A stretch of 64,000 nt of DNA from an uncultured virus (IMG/VR IMGVR_UViG_3300030118_003994) (taxonomy: Duplodnaviria; Heunggongvirae; Uroviricota; Caudoviricetes; Crassvirales), in the IMG/VR virus record IMGVR_UViG_3300030118_003994. One strand, given 5' to 3'. The notes beneath the pieces are model-generated. The model was not told where the DNA came from and did not search any database. It saw only the letters and a program-made list of their open reading frames with translations. The translations under genes were made by a program, and so were the position numbers. This document shows, in pieces, positions 27,501-36,508 of the stretch (positions are counted from its first letter, which is position 1; each line of letters opens with the position of its first letter).

Positions 27501-30500
27501 TTTTTTTTATTATTTTTTCACTTTTTTCTTGCGTAATATTTCCAGACTGCTCTGCATTATATAAAGATTTTTTTAACTTTTCTAAAGCCCTGTTAATTGA
27601 AATAACTTCTTTAGCACCATCAGTTGATTGAACATCTAACTTAGATTCTTTTATTCTATCTGTTAGTTTTTGTATATCAACATTTATTTGGCTTTCGTTT
27701 TTAATCTTAGGAAGTTTAGCTTCTACTGAGGAGCTTATCTGTTCTATTTTATCATTAGACTCTTTTATTTTTTTTGGGTCAATTAAAGGCTGTTTTTGTC
27801 TGTTTAAATCAGTCAAAAGGCTGTTTAAATTATTTAAAGTAGCAAGGTCTTCTACTTTTGATAAGTTTTTGTTTATAAGTTCTTCTACAAAAGAAGTTTG
27901 GTTACCATAAAGACCTTTTTTTAATTTTTTCTTTATGCCTTTTATTTTTTCTTTTGCTTCAGCCCTGGAAGATGATAGTGATTCTTTTTGACCAATCTCT
28001 TCTACTGTAGATATAAACCTATCTAGTTTTTTAGGATTGTCTACATTTACAGCTTGTTTTAATACTGTTTTTTTAATTACTTTGTTTAATACATCAGAGC
28101 CCTTTATATAGTCTAGCAATTCTTTTTTTATTTCTTTTACAGCTTTTTTGTCTGCTTTAAAATCTTGCTTTACTTTAATTATCTTGTCCTCATAAGACTT
28201 TCTTATGTTCTTAATTTTATCATTAAAGTTTTTTCTAGCAATTTGTTTTTCAGATAAAACTTTTCCGGTACCACCAGTTTCAATTTCTTTGAATGTTTTT
28301 AAATCAAATATTGATATTTGGTTGTATTTTTTAGCTAACTCTATTGCTTTCTCTTTATTTTTTTGAACCTCAGAAACATCTAGGTAAGTTTGATTGTCTT
28401 TTTCGTTATACCAAGTTCCTATTACAGCATTAGGATTTTTTGAAAGTATATCTTTATTTGCATCAATAAAATCTAAAATATCTTTTTTTGTTACTTTTTT
28501 ACCCTTTACTAGTTTAGTTCTATCAGGGTATCTAGAAACAGAATAACCTTCTTTTACTATTTTGTTTTGTTGGTCAAAAGTACTTCCTTGATTTTCATTG
28601 TGATATTTTACCTGCTCATTTACTCTTTTTTCTATTGTAATTTCTGGGGTAGTTTCAGTTTTTACATCAGTTTCTTTTACTTCTTTTATTTCTCCTTTTT
28701 GAGCTTTTATTTCTAAAGTATTAATAAAAGCAAGAGCTTCATTGTTAGTAGCAAACCTATAATCAACACCTATTTTTTCCATGGCACTGTTAAGATATTT
28801 TTTAACACTATTTATAAATGTGTTATTTTCTAACAATTTGTATTCTCCTCTTGAGTTTCTTGCCATAAACTCAACCAATGCTTCATTTTTTCTTTCTGCT
28901 TCTGATTTGTAGACCCGCTCCCCACTTTCATATTTAGTATTAATAAAATCAAGAACTCCAGCGTACTCAGGAGTAGTTTGTATAAGCTTATAAACTTCCG
29001 CCTCTATTTCTTTATATTTTTCTGGATTAGACTTTCTTAAGTTATCTACTATAGCGTGTTTAGGTTCATGTGCTGCTGTACGCTTATTCATAGCAGAAAG
29101 ATTATAGTGTATATTACCAGTAGAAATATCTCTATGCCCTCCTATATACTCTGCTATACCTTTATCTCCAGCCCTTTCTAACTCTCTTTGATAAGTTGTA
29201 TTGTTTGTGTGGACAAAAACTTTACCAGGCAGCCCCTTCAATTGTTCATTAAACTTTATAATATCATCAATAGATTCTTTTTGCCTTGTAGTTTTTGCCG
29301 ATTCTTTTAGTTTAGAAGTGTTACTTTCATTCACTTCTATAGGAGCGTCAGGTTCTTCACTTGAAACCAACTCTCTTCGTATTCTTTCTATAAAACTAAC
29401 ATCTTCAATACCAAGTTCTTTTTTTTCTTTAGCTTCTTTTTGTATATCCTCAGCCTCCTCTACTTTTTCTTTTAGTATAACCTCTCGTTGAGCTATAGTT
29501 AAATCTTTTGCGCCTTCTTGAACTTGACTTACAATAGCCTTTTCTTGTTTTGCTTGATTGTTGTATATTTCAATAATTTTTTCACTAAAACTATCTGTAA
29601 CTATTCTTTGGTCTGCAGTCTTTTTTTCTATAGCATAATACTTTTTTACATCGCTCATTGTTAGGCCTAGTTTTTCTAGCTCTAACTCTAGTTTTGCCTT
29701 GCTTTCCGTGTCTAATAAATTATTGTCAATTATAACAGAGCCTTCTGATTCTTTTTTGTTTTTTTCTACTTCTTTTATATATTCAATAGCCTCTCTTTCG
29801 TTGTTAAACTTTTGCTCAAACAATTTAACACCATTTTTGTTATAAACTTCAACTAAATTAGGTTTTTTTGGAACTATTTTAGCTTCAAAAAACACACCGT
29901 CTAAAGGGTTTGATGCTTTTAATATAGAACCTGTAGCAGCATAAACATATTTAGCAAAAAGCTGGGTAGATATTTTGTCTATATATTCTACAGCTTCTTT
30001 TTCAGACTTTGAAAATAAGTTTTTTTCTATCTCCTTATATATTTCTTTATCTGTTTTGTTTTCTAAGCCTAGAGACATTCTTTCTGCTTCAGTAGTTTTA
30101 AACGAATAAATACCCGTATTTCGGTTCCTATCAGTAAAGTATTCATTTCTAGCAAGTTTCATTGGAATTTTTGTGGCTCTTAAACCTAAAACAAACTGAA
30201 AATTGTCATTTAAAGATTTTATAGAAAGTTCTCCTTCTCCAGCAAGAGCTGAAACACTAGTAAAGGCCACAGCTTCTGCACCTATACCCACTCCTGTAGT
30301 GACTTGTTTTCTTGTAAATGTAGACACTGGATTATAACCTAAAGCTACAATTTTATTTTTTATATCTCTTTCTTTGTACCCTATTCTACCTGTAATCCAT
30401 CCAAGACCAAACCCTTCAACACCTTTAAATAAAACTTGACCGTAATTTAAATCTTCTAAACTATGTGTTTCTTTATACTGGTTAACTGCATCACCAGCAG

Positions 30501-33354
30501 CCATCCATGTTGCTAAATTAGCAGAACCTCCTATAAGGTTTAAATTTTTATTGTAAGCATCAAGTTTTTTTGCATATCTTAAGTCAAGAAGTTTATCATA
30601 ATTTCTTAGTCGTTTACTTTCAAAAACTATTTTATTGCCCTCCATTGTTAATTTTGTGCTCAAATTGTTAGTTTTTGCAAAATTTTCTAAATCGTCTAAT
30701 CTTGCTTTTATAAGATATTTTTGTTTTTCATTTGCAAATCTACCGGTTACAAATTTAGTTCCCCTACCAATTATAGGTAGAGCTAAGTCAAGAGCAATAC
30801 CACCTACTCCAGACCAAAATTGTTCTGTGTTACTGTATTGAACACCCCACTCTGGATTTAACGGTCTGTCCGTTAAAAGAGTAAGTCCTTGTGCAAATAA
30901 TGTTTTTTCAAAAGAATTAGCAAGAAGATTTTTTTCCATTCCATTTTCTTCTTGATATTTTTTCCATGATTTTTTATCTGCCCCACGAATAACTTTTTCT
31001 AATTCTTTTAAATAATCTTCGTCAAAAGATTCAGGAAAAGAAAAATTACTGTCTTCATTTAAATCTATTCCATATTTATTTTTTATTATATTTTTTTTAA
31101 CCTCAAAAGGTTGTCCGCTTAAATTATTTAAATCTTGCACAGCTAAATTTGCCAAATCTTGTGGTAGTAATAATGGAGTTTCTTTATCTTTATTATAATT
31201 ATTCAAAGCTTCTATCCTGCCACGGTCTCTTGTTTGAGCAAACTCAGGAGTATTTGCATGATAATCATTAGCCAAAGCTTCGGCCATTATAGCTATCCAA
31301 GGCTCAGGAATGTTATCGTATTTTTCTGACTTTAAAATATCAAAAGCAAAATTTATAATATCCTTACTTTTTTCAGATTTAGTGCTTTGTTTTTGTATTT
31401 CTTTGTTGGCGTTTAATATATCTTCTTCATTAAAAGTAAAGCTAGGCACACCAATACCAGGCCTTCTTGGGCTACGCATTATCAATATGTCGTCTATTTT
31501 TCTTTGCTCAATTTTTTTATCATGATAATTAGGAAATTCATTTTTCATACGATTACGAGCACCATCTAAAAAATCTCCTGTATAGTAATCATATAAAATT
31601 GTAGGCTTTATGTCTAAAATGTCTGATTCTAAAGCCCCTCTACTTAACTGTAGGTATTCATTTTTTTCTCTTAAAATTTGTTCCAAGTCAAAATAAGCCC
31701 TTCTATCTATTATTTCCCCAATCTTATGATTAAAGTCTCCAGAAGAAGGAGTTAATTTGTTTCCTTTTGAATCAAATGAACTATTTATTTCTTGTTTTAT
31801 GTTGTCAATTAGGTCGTTTTTAGAATCTTCATATTGTTCTTCAAAATCATTTACTAAAATACCTAAATCTTCTTTACTTATTTTTTTACCCGTAGCATTT
31901 ACTCTATCTAAAAGTAACTCTTTTATTTCTTCTGTTGTTTTGCTTTCCACACCTTGACTTACAGCAGAATTTTTTATTTCTTTTTCCGTAACTTCTTCCC
32001 CTTGAGGAATTGTAACCATTTGACCGTCAGGACCTAAAACTTCTATAGTTTTTACATTATTTCCTTTTATATTTTGTGTTCCACTAACCTCTCTTTTTGC
32101 TTTTCTAACTATTTTTGGTTCACCATCTGATAAAGCCCACTGAAAACCTTGTTCAACCTCTTCTTCAGTAAGTTTTCTTAATCCTAATTTTACCTGCTCC
32201 GACCTATCAATCAGTGCAAATTTTCCTGCTTTAGCTTTAGTAATAATATTGCTTAACTCTTTTTCTGTTTCTTCTTCAGATTTATTAGAATTTTTTTTAT
32301 ATAAATTTCTAAATTCTTCTTCATTAACCTCTTTACCATCATACATAAAAGACTGAACACCATCTTTTATTTCTACTTTGTAATTAAATAATTTTGGTGC
32401 TGTGTAGTCTCCAGCAGGTAAATCTTCTCCAGCAGCCATTAACCCAGGGTCTTCTAAAGGGTTTATCATACTAGTTGGGTCAGCAGCATTATATCCGCTT
32501 CTATATCTCTTTAAATAATCTCCTATAGTTAAATTTTTGCCTTTTGGAGAAACTTCGTAAATACTGTTTGTGTTAAAATCTTTTTCATCTCTTACACGAG
32601 CAAAAAGTTTTCTTAAATCACCATGACCAACAAAATGTTGTAAGGCTACTAAGTCTGAAAAATTTAAATCTTTGTCTATTTGTTTTTTGTAGTCTTTTTG
32701 TAAACGTCTAGCCATAAACGGATAACGACCAGGCTTATCCTCAAGCATATAACTCATAAGTTTTTCTTGAGCCTCTTTATTGCCAATAAACTCTTCTTTT
32801 GAATTTACTCCAAAATTACTTTTTAATAATTTTGCATGAGTATTGTACAAAAACTGATACGGACCCACAGCTGAAGATGCTGGTTGACCTGTTTCTTTAT
32901 CCTTAAATGCGGTTAAAGAATAGTTCATTTCTCCACTAGCCTCTACGTTTGCTATACCTCTTCTGTATTTATCAGGGTCAAACTCCGAAGTAGAAGGGGT
33001 TTCTAAGCTTGAGCCACTTGAATCTTCTGAAGAATCTTGCGATACGATATTTTTTTCTTTTTTTTTTAACGTATCTCCCCCGAAAATGTTAGCCCTTTTT
33101 TTAGCTTCTTCTAAAACATCTTGATTGTTTTCAAATTCAGGAAACAATTCTAAAATTTCTTCGTCAGGCATGTTTGGATTTTTATCCAAAGTAGCGTAAA
33201 GTTCTTTTGCAGTAAAATCAAAATCATCCAGATTTAAATCATCTTCTTGTAACAAATTACTTTGAGGAATCATCATCTCTTCTTGAGAAGAAATCATTTC
33301 TTCATCCTTATAAAAAAGACTTTTAATATCAGATGACAAATTTTTTATTGACAT
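24574..33354 (-). CDS. Very large internal virion/ejection (polyvalent) protein, 2926 aa
   Basis: Lysozyme-like IANVEASG...SSAVGPYQF near N-terminus; HEPKH (HExxH); follows other cargo-like genes. Confidence 0.75.
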   Translation of the reverse strand: MSIKNLSSDIKSLFYKDEEMISSQEEMMIPQSNLLQEDDLNLDDFDFTAKELYATLDKNPNMPDEEILELFPEFENNQDVLEEAKKRANIFGGDTLKKKEKNIVSQDSSEDSSGSSLETPSTSEFDPDKYRRGIANVEASGEMNYSLTAFKDKETGQPASSAVGPYQFLYNTHAKLLKSNFGVNSKEEFIGNKEAQEKLMSYMLEDKPGRYPFMARRLQKDYKKQIDKDLNFSDLVALQHFVGHGDLRKLFARVRDEKDFNTNSIYEVSPKGKNLTIGDYLKRYRSGYNAADPTSMINPLEDPGLMAAGEDLPAGDYTAPKLFNYKVEIKDGVQSFMYDGKEVNEEEFRNLYKKNSNKSEEETEKELSNIITKAKAGKFALIDRSEQVKLGLRKLTEEEVEQGFQWALSDGEPKIVRKAKREVSGTQNIKGNNVKTIEVLGPDGQMVTIPQGEEVTEKEIKNSAVSQGVESKTTEEIKELLLDRVNATGKKISKEDLGILVNDFEEQYEDSKNDLIDNIKQEINSSFDSKGNKLTPSSGDFNHKIGEIIDRRAYFDLEQILREKNEYLQLSRGALESDILDIKPTILYDYYTGDFLDGARNRMKNEFPNYHDKKIEQRKIDDILIMRSPRRPGIGVPSFTFNEEDILNANKEIQKQSTKSEKSKDIINFAFDILKSEKYDNIPEPWIAIMAEALANDYHANTPEFAQTRDRGRIEALNNYNKDKETPLLLPQDLANLAVQDLNNLSGQPFEVKKNIIKNKYGIDLNEDSNFSFPESFDEDYLKELEKVIRGADKKSWKKYQEENGMEKNLLANSFEKTLFAQGLTLLTDRPLNPEWGVQYSNTEQFWSGVGGIALDLALPIIGRGTKFVTGRFANEKQKYLIKARLDDLENFAKTNNLSTKLTMEGNKIVFESKRLRNYDKLLDLRYAKKLDAYNKNLNLIGGSANLATWMAAGDAVNQYKETHSLEDLNYGQVLFKGVEGFGLGWITGRIGYKERDIKNKIVALGYNPVSTFTRKQVTTGVGIGAEAVAFTSVSALAGEGELSIKSLNDNFQFVLGLRATKIPMKLARNEYFTDRNRNTGIYSFKTTEAERMSLGLENKTDKEIYKEIEKNLFSKSEKEAVEYIDKISTQLFAKYVYAATGSILKASNPLDGVFFEAKIVPKKPNLVEVYNKNGVKLFEQKFNNEREAIEYIKEVEKNKKESEGSVIIDNNLLDTESKAKLELELEKLGLTMSDVKKYYAIEKKTADQRIVTDSFSEKIIEIYNNQAKQEKAIVSQVQEGAKDLTIAQREVILKEKVEEAEDIQKEAKEKKELGIEDVSFIERIRRELVSSEEPDAPIEVNESNTSKLKESAKTTRQKESIDDIIKFNEQLKGLPGKVFVHTNNTTYQRELERAGDKGIAEYIGGHRDISTGNIHYNLSAMNKRTAAHEPKHAIVDNLRKSNPEKYKEIEAEVYKLIQTTPEYAGVLDFINTKYESGERVYKSEAERKNEALVEFMARNSRGEYKLLENNTFINSVKKYLNSAMEKIGVDYRFATNNEALAFINTLEIKAQKGEIKEVKETDVKTETTPEITIEKRVNEQVKYHNENQGSTFDQQNKIVKEGYSVSRYPDRTKLVKGKKVTKKDILDFIDANKDILSKNPNAVIGTWYNEKDNQTYLDVSEVQKNKEKAIELAKKYNQISIFDLKTFKEIETGGTGKVLSEKQIARKNFNDKIKNIRKSYEDKIIKVKQDFKADKKAVKEIKKELLDYIKGSDVLNKVIKKTVLKQAVNVDNPKKLDRFISTVEEIGQKESLSSSRAEAKEKIKGIKKKLKKGLYGNQTSFVEELINKNLSKVEDLATLNNLNSLLTDLNRQKQPLIDPKKIKESNDKIEQISSSVEAKLPKIKNESQINVDIQKLTDRIKESKLDVQSTDGAKEVISINRALEKLKKSLYNAEQSGNITQEKSEKIIKKIIKLEEKIAGKTTKFNKERFDIAQEILKNSDLKKLSKYEKELIEDLKEVEFVDNIGFNDNLFVASLNISNGVPPINVVGRLLIESNNNRHSNNLSELLINRIDKYAGKKKPESFFLFDRIPKNMAELERRLSYTPLGLISEIFRAEKDVKNAGLLDKEIIAPLTRAMTKYDRDTRETLERWENATGARDGKFSKWIEREVSGNILALPFSRYVNPIYRQKVKSDNKVGVILAQIQRNTIDNTNVLKTILEKPNLINTYKEGEIKILKEIYKDLPKKTVDGKEVIDIKKALSQLTAREKKMINEFRRLMDTELLPKQNYANGIRGIPFEGVNQYYPLILNPKARSQVLANKEHYKSWTEEIFKNNNKLASNAGKERTTTDIKAIDFNVNRVVNNRVREVNTDFYFTQPSNIVRELLKDAKIKSGENYEGYFDALNNRMKDGVGLHLQYERHFLNSELLSPLLQSLYSSRLVRVGRLITEVGAETGRTFIGAAETPKEISTLESFHKQATDLASANINKLGNLLNKSVDRDLKEADLQSSMQTILKLTNSQFLNRYSRHDIEFSKDITGQTKGLFNRASNWALSSVDRNTLHLAFMPAFKAEFKRITGKDFSYSEIKKPEYQKKYKKAILDAAAIGDRAAMQWKNVGVKGAGRTAILTVAGPVRSTSEFAPVLTFMGNFGYLEVSMARKAVRDMMAGESLKTKEQGARAFTAIIGAGIAYGMGISAEYLVTEYFLNKFIILKNEKDDKMGRYDTEKELRILRENFDKEWDKMFTRKGIKDQIVSNALFLAQSQYGASGRASAAALGYVYDEWLKTKGRAAGMSKQQIQDELLENETQLRKLLEVEKGMSTAEALVKEGLYVTPTADPGKLINMMLPHIDNLLIQVENFSEDYTAFRKQKGVYDPESAKFANEKFRKELAVENMLVNMIRVYLMLRGTAIAQDATIQRYYDIMMDRFDKAPVEFYDATRGKRIKSAFD

Positions 33355-33363
33355 ATTTTAAAT

Positions 33364-34992
33364 TTATTGTTTTCTATTAAGTTCTATATCTTTAGGTGTT
33401 ATACCAGCTCTTTTCATCATGTCATAATAAGTTTGTATACGTCTTTTTCTAACATCAGCTTTACCAGACTTAGCTGTTATAAAGGCAGCAAACCTATCAT
33501 GAACAGCGTCATCAAAACCTACATTAACAGTTATACCACTTCTTTTTTCTTTACCTTCTAACCAAGGTTCAATAGAGAAAAATTGATTATCTCTATCAAA
33601 GTCTGCTGAGTCTTGATTATTTAAATTATTGTCGTAAATATACTGTAAAGCCTCATCATCAATCATTTCTCCTTTTCGAATTTTTTCTTTATTACCATCT
33701 ATTTCTACAACAATATCTTTTTTAGCTGTTGGATTAAACACTAGTGCTGAAGGAACAAAATCTACATTTTCACCTCTGGTATTATAGCCCATTTCTAAAC
33801 CAATTTCAGCTCCCGTTGCATCTTTTGCTCTACTAAAAATCATAAACCCTCTATCAGCTGTTGGTCTTACATTAAAGCTAGACTCAGGACCATAATCAAA
33901 TGTTGTACCAAACTTTTCTGGAGTAATAATTTCTATTTCTCCTTCTTTATTCGTTTTAGTTACAGCAGGTATATTTCTTGTTGTAAAATTAAAGTTTCTA
34001 TTTATAGCCTTTGCTTCTTTTGTTTCAGGATTAAATCTGGATATGTTTGTAAATTGAGTTGTAGCAACATCAAATTGTCTTCCTGAACCTGGAGATTCTG
34101 GAGTACCTTGACTTAAACTTACATTAATACCTTTAACTTCTTTATCAACAAATCCTTTTACATCTGTTTCTCCAGTTCTTTGTCTTATTTGGTCTTTTAT
34201 ATAAGCTAAAACATCAGTACCAAAACCAGCTTTTTCTGCAGCTGCCTCTTGATTTGTTCTAAAACTATATTTATAAGGGTGGTTTTCTAATATATTATTA
34301 GCCGCATCAGTAAGTTGGTCTTCTTCTAATTCCTGTCTAGTTGTAAATGTTCTGTAAGACCCATTAGAGGCTTTATATTTAAATCCTCCACCAGGAACCT
34401 CTTCTATTACTACATCTTTTAATGCTAGGTTTTCAATATTCTTTTTATAATGGTCCTCAACATCTAATGTAGGTTCTATTGTAGCGACATTACCAAAATC
34501 GTCATCAGTAGCAAAATAACTAGCGTTAGGGCCAAACATTGGTGCTTTATTTTCTCTTTCTAAAGCAAAAGCATTACTTTCGGTTTGATAATCTTCATTT
34601 TGAGTAGCTTCTTTAATTTTTCTATTATAATCGTCTTTACCGTTTGAAGAGGCTATAGAGTTAGCCCTAAATTGATTAATTTGTTTTCTTAAATCTAAAT
34701 CAGTTAAAGGATTTCCTCCAGCAGTAGTTATTGCGTTAGCTTTTGCCAAAATGTCATCAAACTCTGATTGAAAATGTGAAATATCAGCAGTTCTAACTTT
34801 AGAATAATCAACATCTTTTAAAAGCTCTGTAAGGTTTTTTTGAGCATCAATTTTTGCCTTTTTTTTAGCTGCAGCAGCAGCGGCTTTTCTTGCTCTTTCT
34901 CCCTCAATACCTTTAGTAACATCTTGTTGTTTAAAAACTTGAGCTTGACCGTACCCTATTAAATTTCTACTTCCTGCGTATTTTATTGCCAT
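33364..34992 (-). CDS. Putative ejection/internal virion protein
   Basis: Position between tail genes and giant protein; helical N-terminus. Confidence 0.55.
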   Translation of the reverse strand: MAIKYAGSRNLIGYGQAQVFKQQDVTKGIEGERARKAAAAAAKKKAKIDAQKNLTELLKDVDYSKVRTADISHFQSEFDDILAKANAITTAGGNPLTDLDLRKQINQFRANSIASSNGKDDYNRKIKEATQNEDYQTESNAFALERENKAPMFGPNASYFATDDDFGNVATIEPTLDVEDHYKKNIENLALKDVVIEEVPGGGFKYKASNGSYRTFTTRQELEEDQLTDAANNILENHPYKYSFRTNQEAAAEKAGFGTDVLAYIKDQIRQRTGETDVKGFVDKEVKGINVSLSQGTPESPGSGRQFDVATTQFTNISRFNPETKEAKAINRNFNFTTRNIPAVTKTNKEGEIEIITPEKFGTTFDYGPESSFNVRPTADRGFMIFSRAKDATGAEIGLEMGYNTRGENVDFVPSALVFNPTAKKDIVVEIDGNKEKIRKGEMIDDEALQYIYDNNLNNQDSADFDRDNQFFSIEPWLEGKEKRSGITVNVGFDDAVHDRFAAFITAKSGKADVRKRRIQTYYDMMKRAGITPKDIELNRKQ

Positions 34993-34999
34993 ATTGTTA

Positions 35000-35749
35000 T
35001 TATTCTATACCTAATAATCTTTTGTCTTCGGGTGTTAAGAATCTTGTGTCTCGCATTTGGTTTCCTCTCATGTTATCAAACAAAGAATTAGGGTTGTTAA
35101 CACCATAGTTAAAATTATTACCAAAAGCTGTTTGGTTTTGATTTAACAAACTCATGTTTTGTGTATTCTGCAATCCTCCAGTGTTAGGAGTGTTTGGAAT
35201 ATTAATGCCAGCCAATCCCTGTCCAAGGCCGGTAAGACCCTGCATAACTCCTTGTTGCATATTTTGCATACCAGCACCCTGAATAGCTCTAGCGTAATCT
35301 AAATCAGCAGTATATTCGTTATACTCATGCTCAAACTGTTTTGTTTTGTAATCAGCCAAAACACTTCTATTTTGCATAGCTAACATCATGTTTTGTCTTC
35401 TTCTGTCTGACTCCATTTGCAATAAACTCAAAGAAGAACGGTCAGAAACTGACTGTGCATTAGAAATAGACTGAAGACCACCTCTTCTGTCACTTATACT
35501 TCTTAATGAGGCACTACGATTTCTTTGTAAGTTTTCTATAAATAATCTTTTTTCTTCTTCAGGAAGACCTCTAAACTCCATTTCTTCAGCTCTACTTAAG
35601 TTAACAAGAACTTCTTGAGGTATTTCAAAATCAGGCCTAATAAGACTAGATTCCATATTTTGACCTCTATTGAATTGTCGTTGACCCTGAAGGTAATTAT
35701 ATCCACCCGCTGCTAACTGGACTCCCATTGATAATAATGCTAGACTCAT
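35000..35749 (-). CDS. Putative ejection (pilot-like) protein
   Basis: Hydrophobic G/A-rich N-terminus, Q/G-rich GLTGLGQGLAG segment. Confidence 0.6.
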   Translation of the reverse strand: MSLALLSMGVQLAAGGYNYLQGQRQFNRGQNMESSLIRPDFEIPQEVLVNLSRAEEMEFRGLPEEEKRLFIENLQRNRSASLRSISDRRGGLQSISNAQSVSDRSSLSLLQMESDRRRQNMMLAMQNRSVLADYKTKQFEHEYNEYTADLDYARAIQGAGMQNMQQGVMQGLTGLGQGLAGINIPNTPNTGGLQNTQNMSLLNQNQTAFGNNFNYGVNNPNSLFDNMRGNQMRDTRFLTPEDKRLLGIE

Positions 35750-35771
35750 TGGATTAAAATTTTAATTATTA

Positions 35772-35779
35772 CAAATATA
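35772..35779 (-). promoter_or_regulatory. Late promoter TATATTTG
   Basis: Intergenic, 22 nt upstream of ATG 35749. Confidence 0.7.
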
Positions 35780-35803
35780 GTTTTTTTTTGTCATATAAAC
35801 AAA

Positions 35804-36493
35804 TTATTTATTACTTCTGTGACTGTTAAAAAAATTAAAGTTAACAGCAAAAATTCTTGTTAAGTTTTGAGCGTAAACTCTAAGTTTAGCAAGTAAAGTA
35901 ACATCTCTTATCCTGTCCCCTTCAATAATTCCACCAGGACTGTTTGTGTCATTTAAAATATCGCTGTAATGAATATTTTCTCTTGTGTCAAAATCAGAAG
36001 AAACAAGAGCAGAGTTTTGTCCGTTTGGAGTGCTAAATTCTACATCCCATATATCATCACTTTCTTGACTAAAAGCTGTATAAACTTTATTGTTTGAACC
36101 ACCCTGGTTGCTTGCTACGGTTAATTCACTAGGAAAATCTCCACCATAAAAATTATTATAAGGCACTGTAGCTGTTTCGCTGTTGTGTGTGTAAATTTCT
36201 CCATTTTTAAAAGTAACTATACCTGTATTTAAACCACACATGTAATCAGGATTATAACTATAAAAAGAATTCCATCTTTTATTTTCTTCACAAAAACCTA
36301 AAGTTTCTTCTTCTATATATTGAATTGGTGTGCTAGAAGATTGTTGAGCATGGTTTGCTCCTGCCATATATCCAGTTTGACCCCGAAACTCATGAGTGTG
36401 ATGTCCTGACAAATCATTGCTAGAGCCATACTCTAAAGCCTCTTCAAGAGTACTCCATAAAGGGCTTCCGTCTATTCTTGTAAGTAATGCCAT
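35804..36493 (-). CDS. C-terminal part of tail stabilization/muzzle protein as a separate gene
   Basis: TLGFCEENKRWNSFYSYNPDYM...FKNGEIYTHN...NNFYG pattern typical of the end of such proteins. Confidence 0.6.
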   Translation of the reverse strand: MALLTRIDGSPLWSTLEEALEYGSSNDLSGHHTHEFRGQTGYMAGANHAQQSSSTPIQYIEEETLGFCEENKRWNSFYSYNPDYMCGLNTGIVTFKNGEIYTHNSETATVPYNNFYGGDFPSELTVASNQGGSNNKVYTAFSQESDDIWDVEFSTPNGQNSALVSSDFDTRENIHYSDILNDTNSPGGIIEGDRIRDVTLLAKLRVYAQNLTRIFAVNFNFFNSHRSNK

Positions 36494-36508
36494 ATTTTTT
36501 ATTTTAAA

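Noticed and set aside
24574..33354. Giant protein as a crAss-like virion RNA polymerase
   Set aside because: No convincing catalytic DxDxD context seen; DLDDFD-like acidic text near the N-terminus is low complexity
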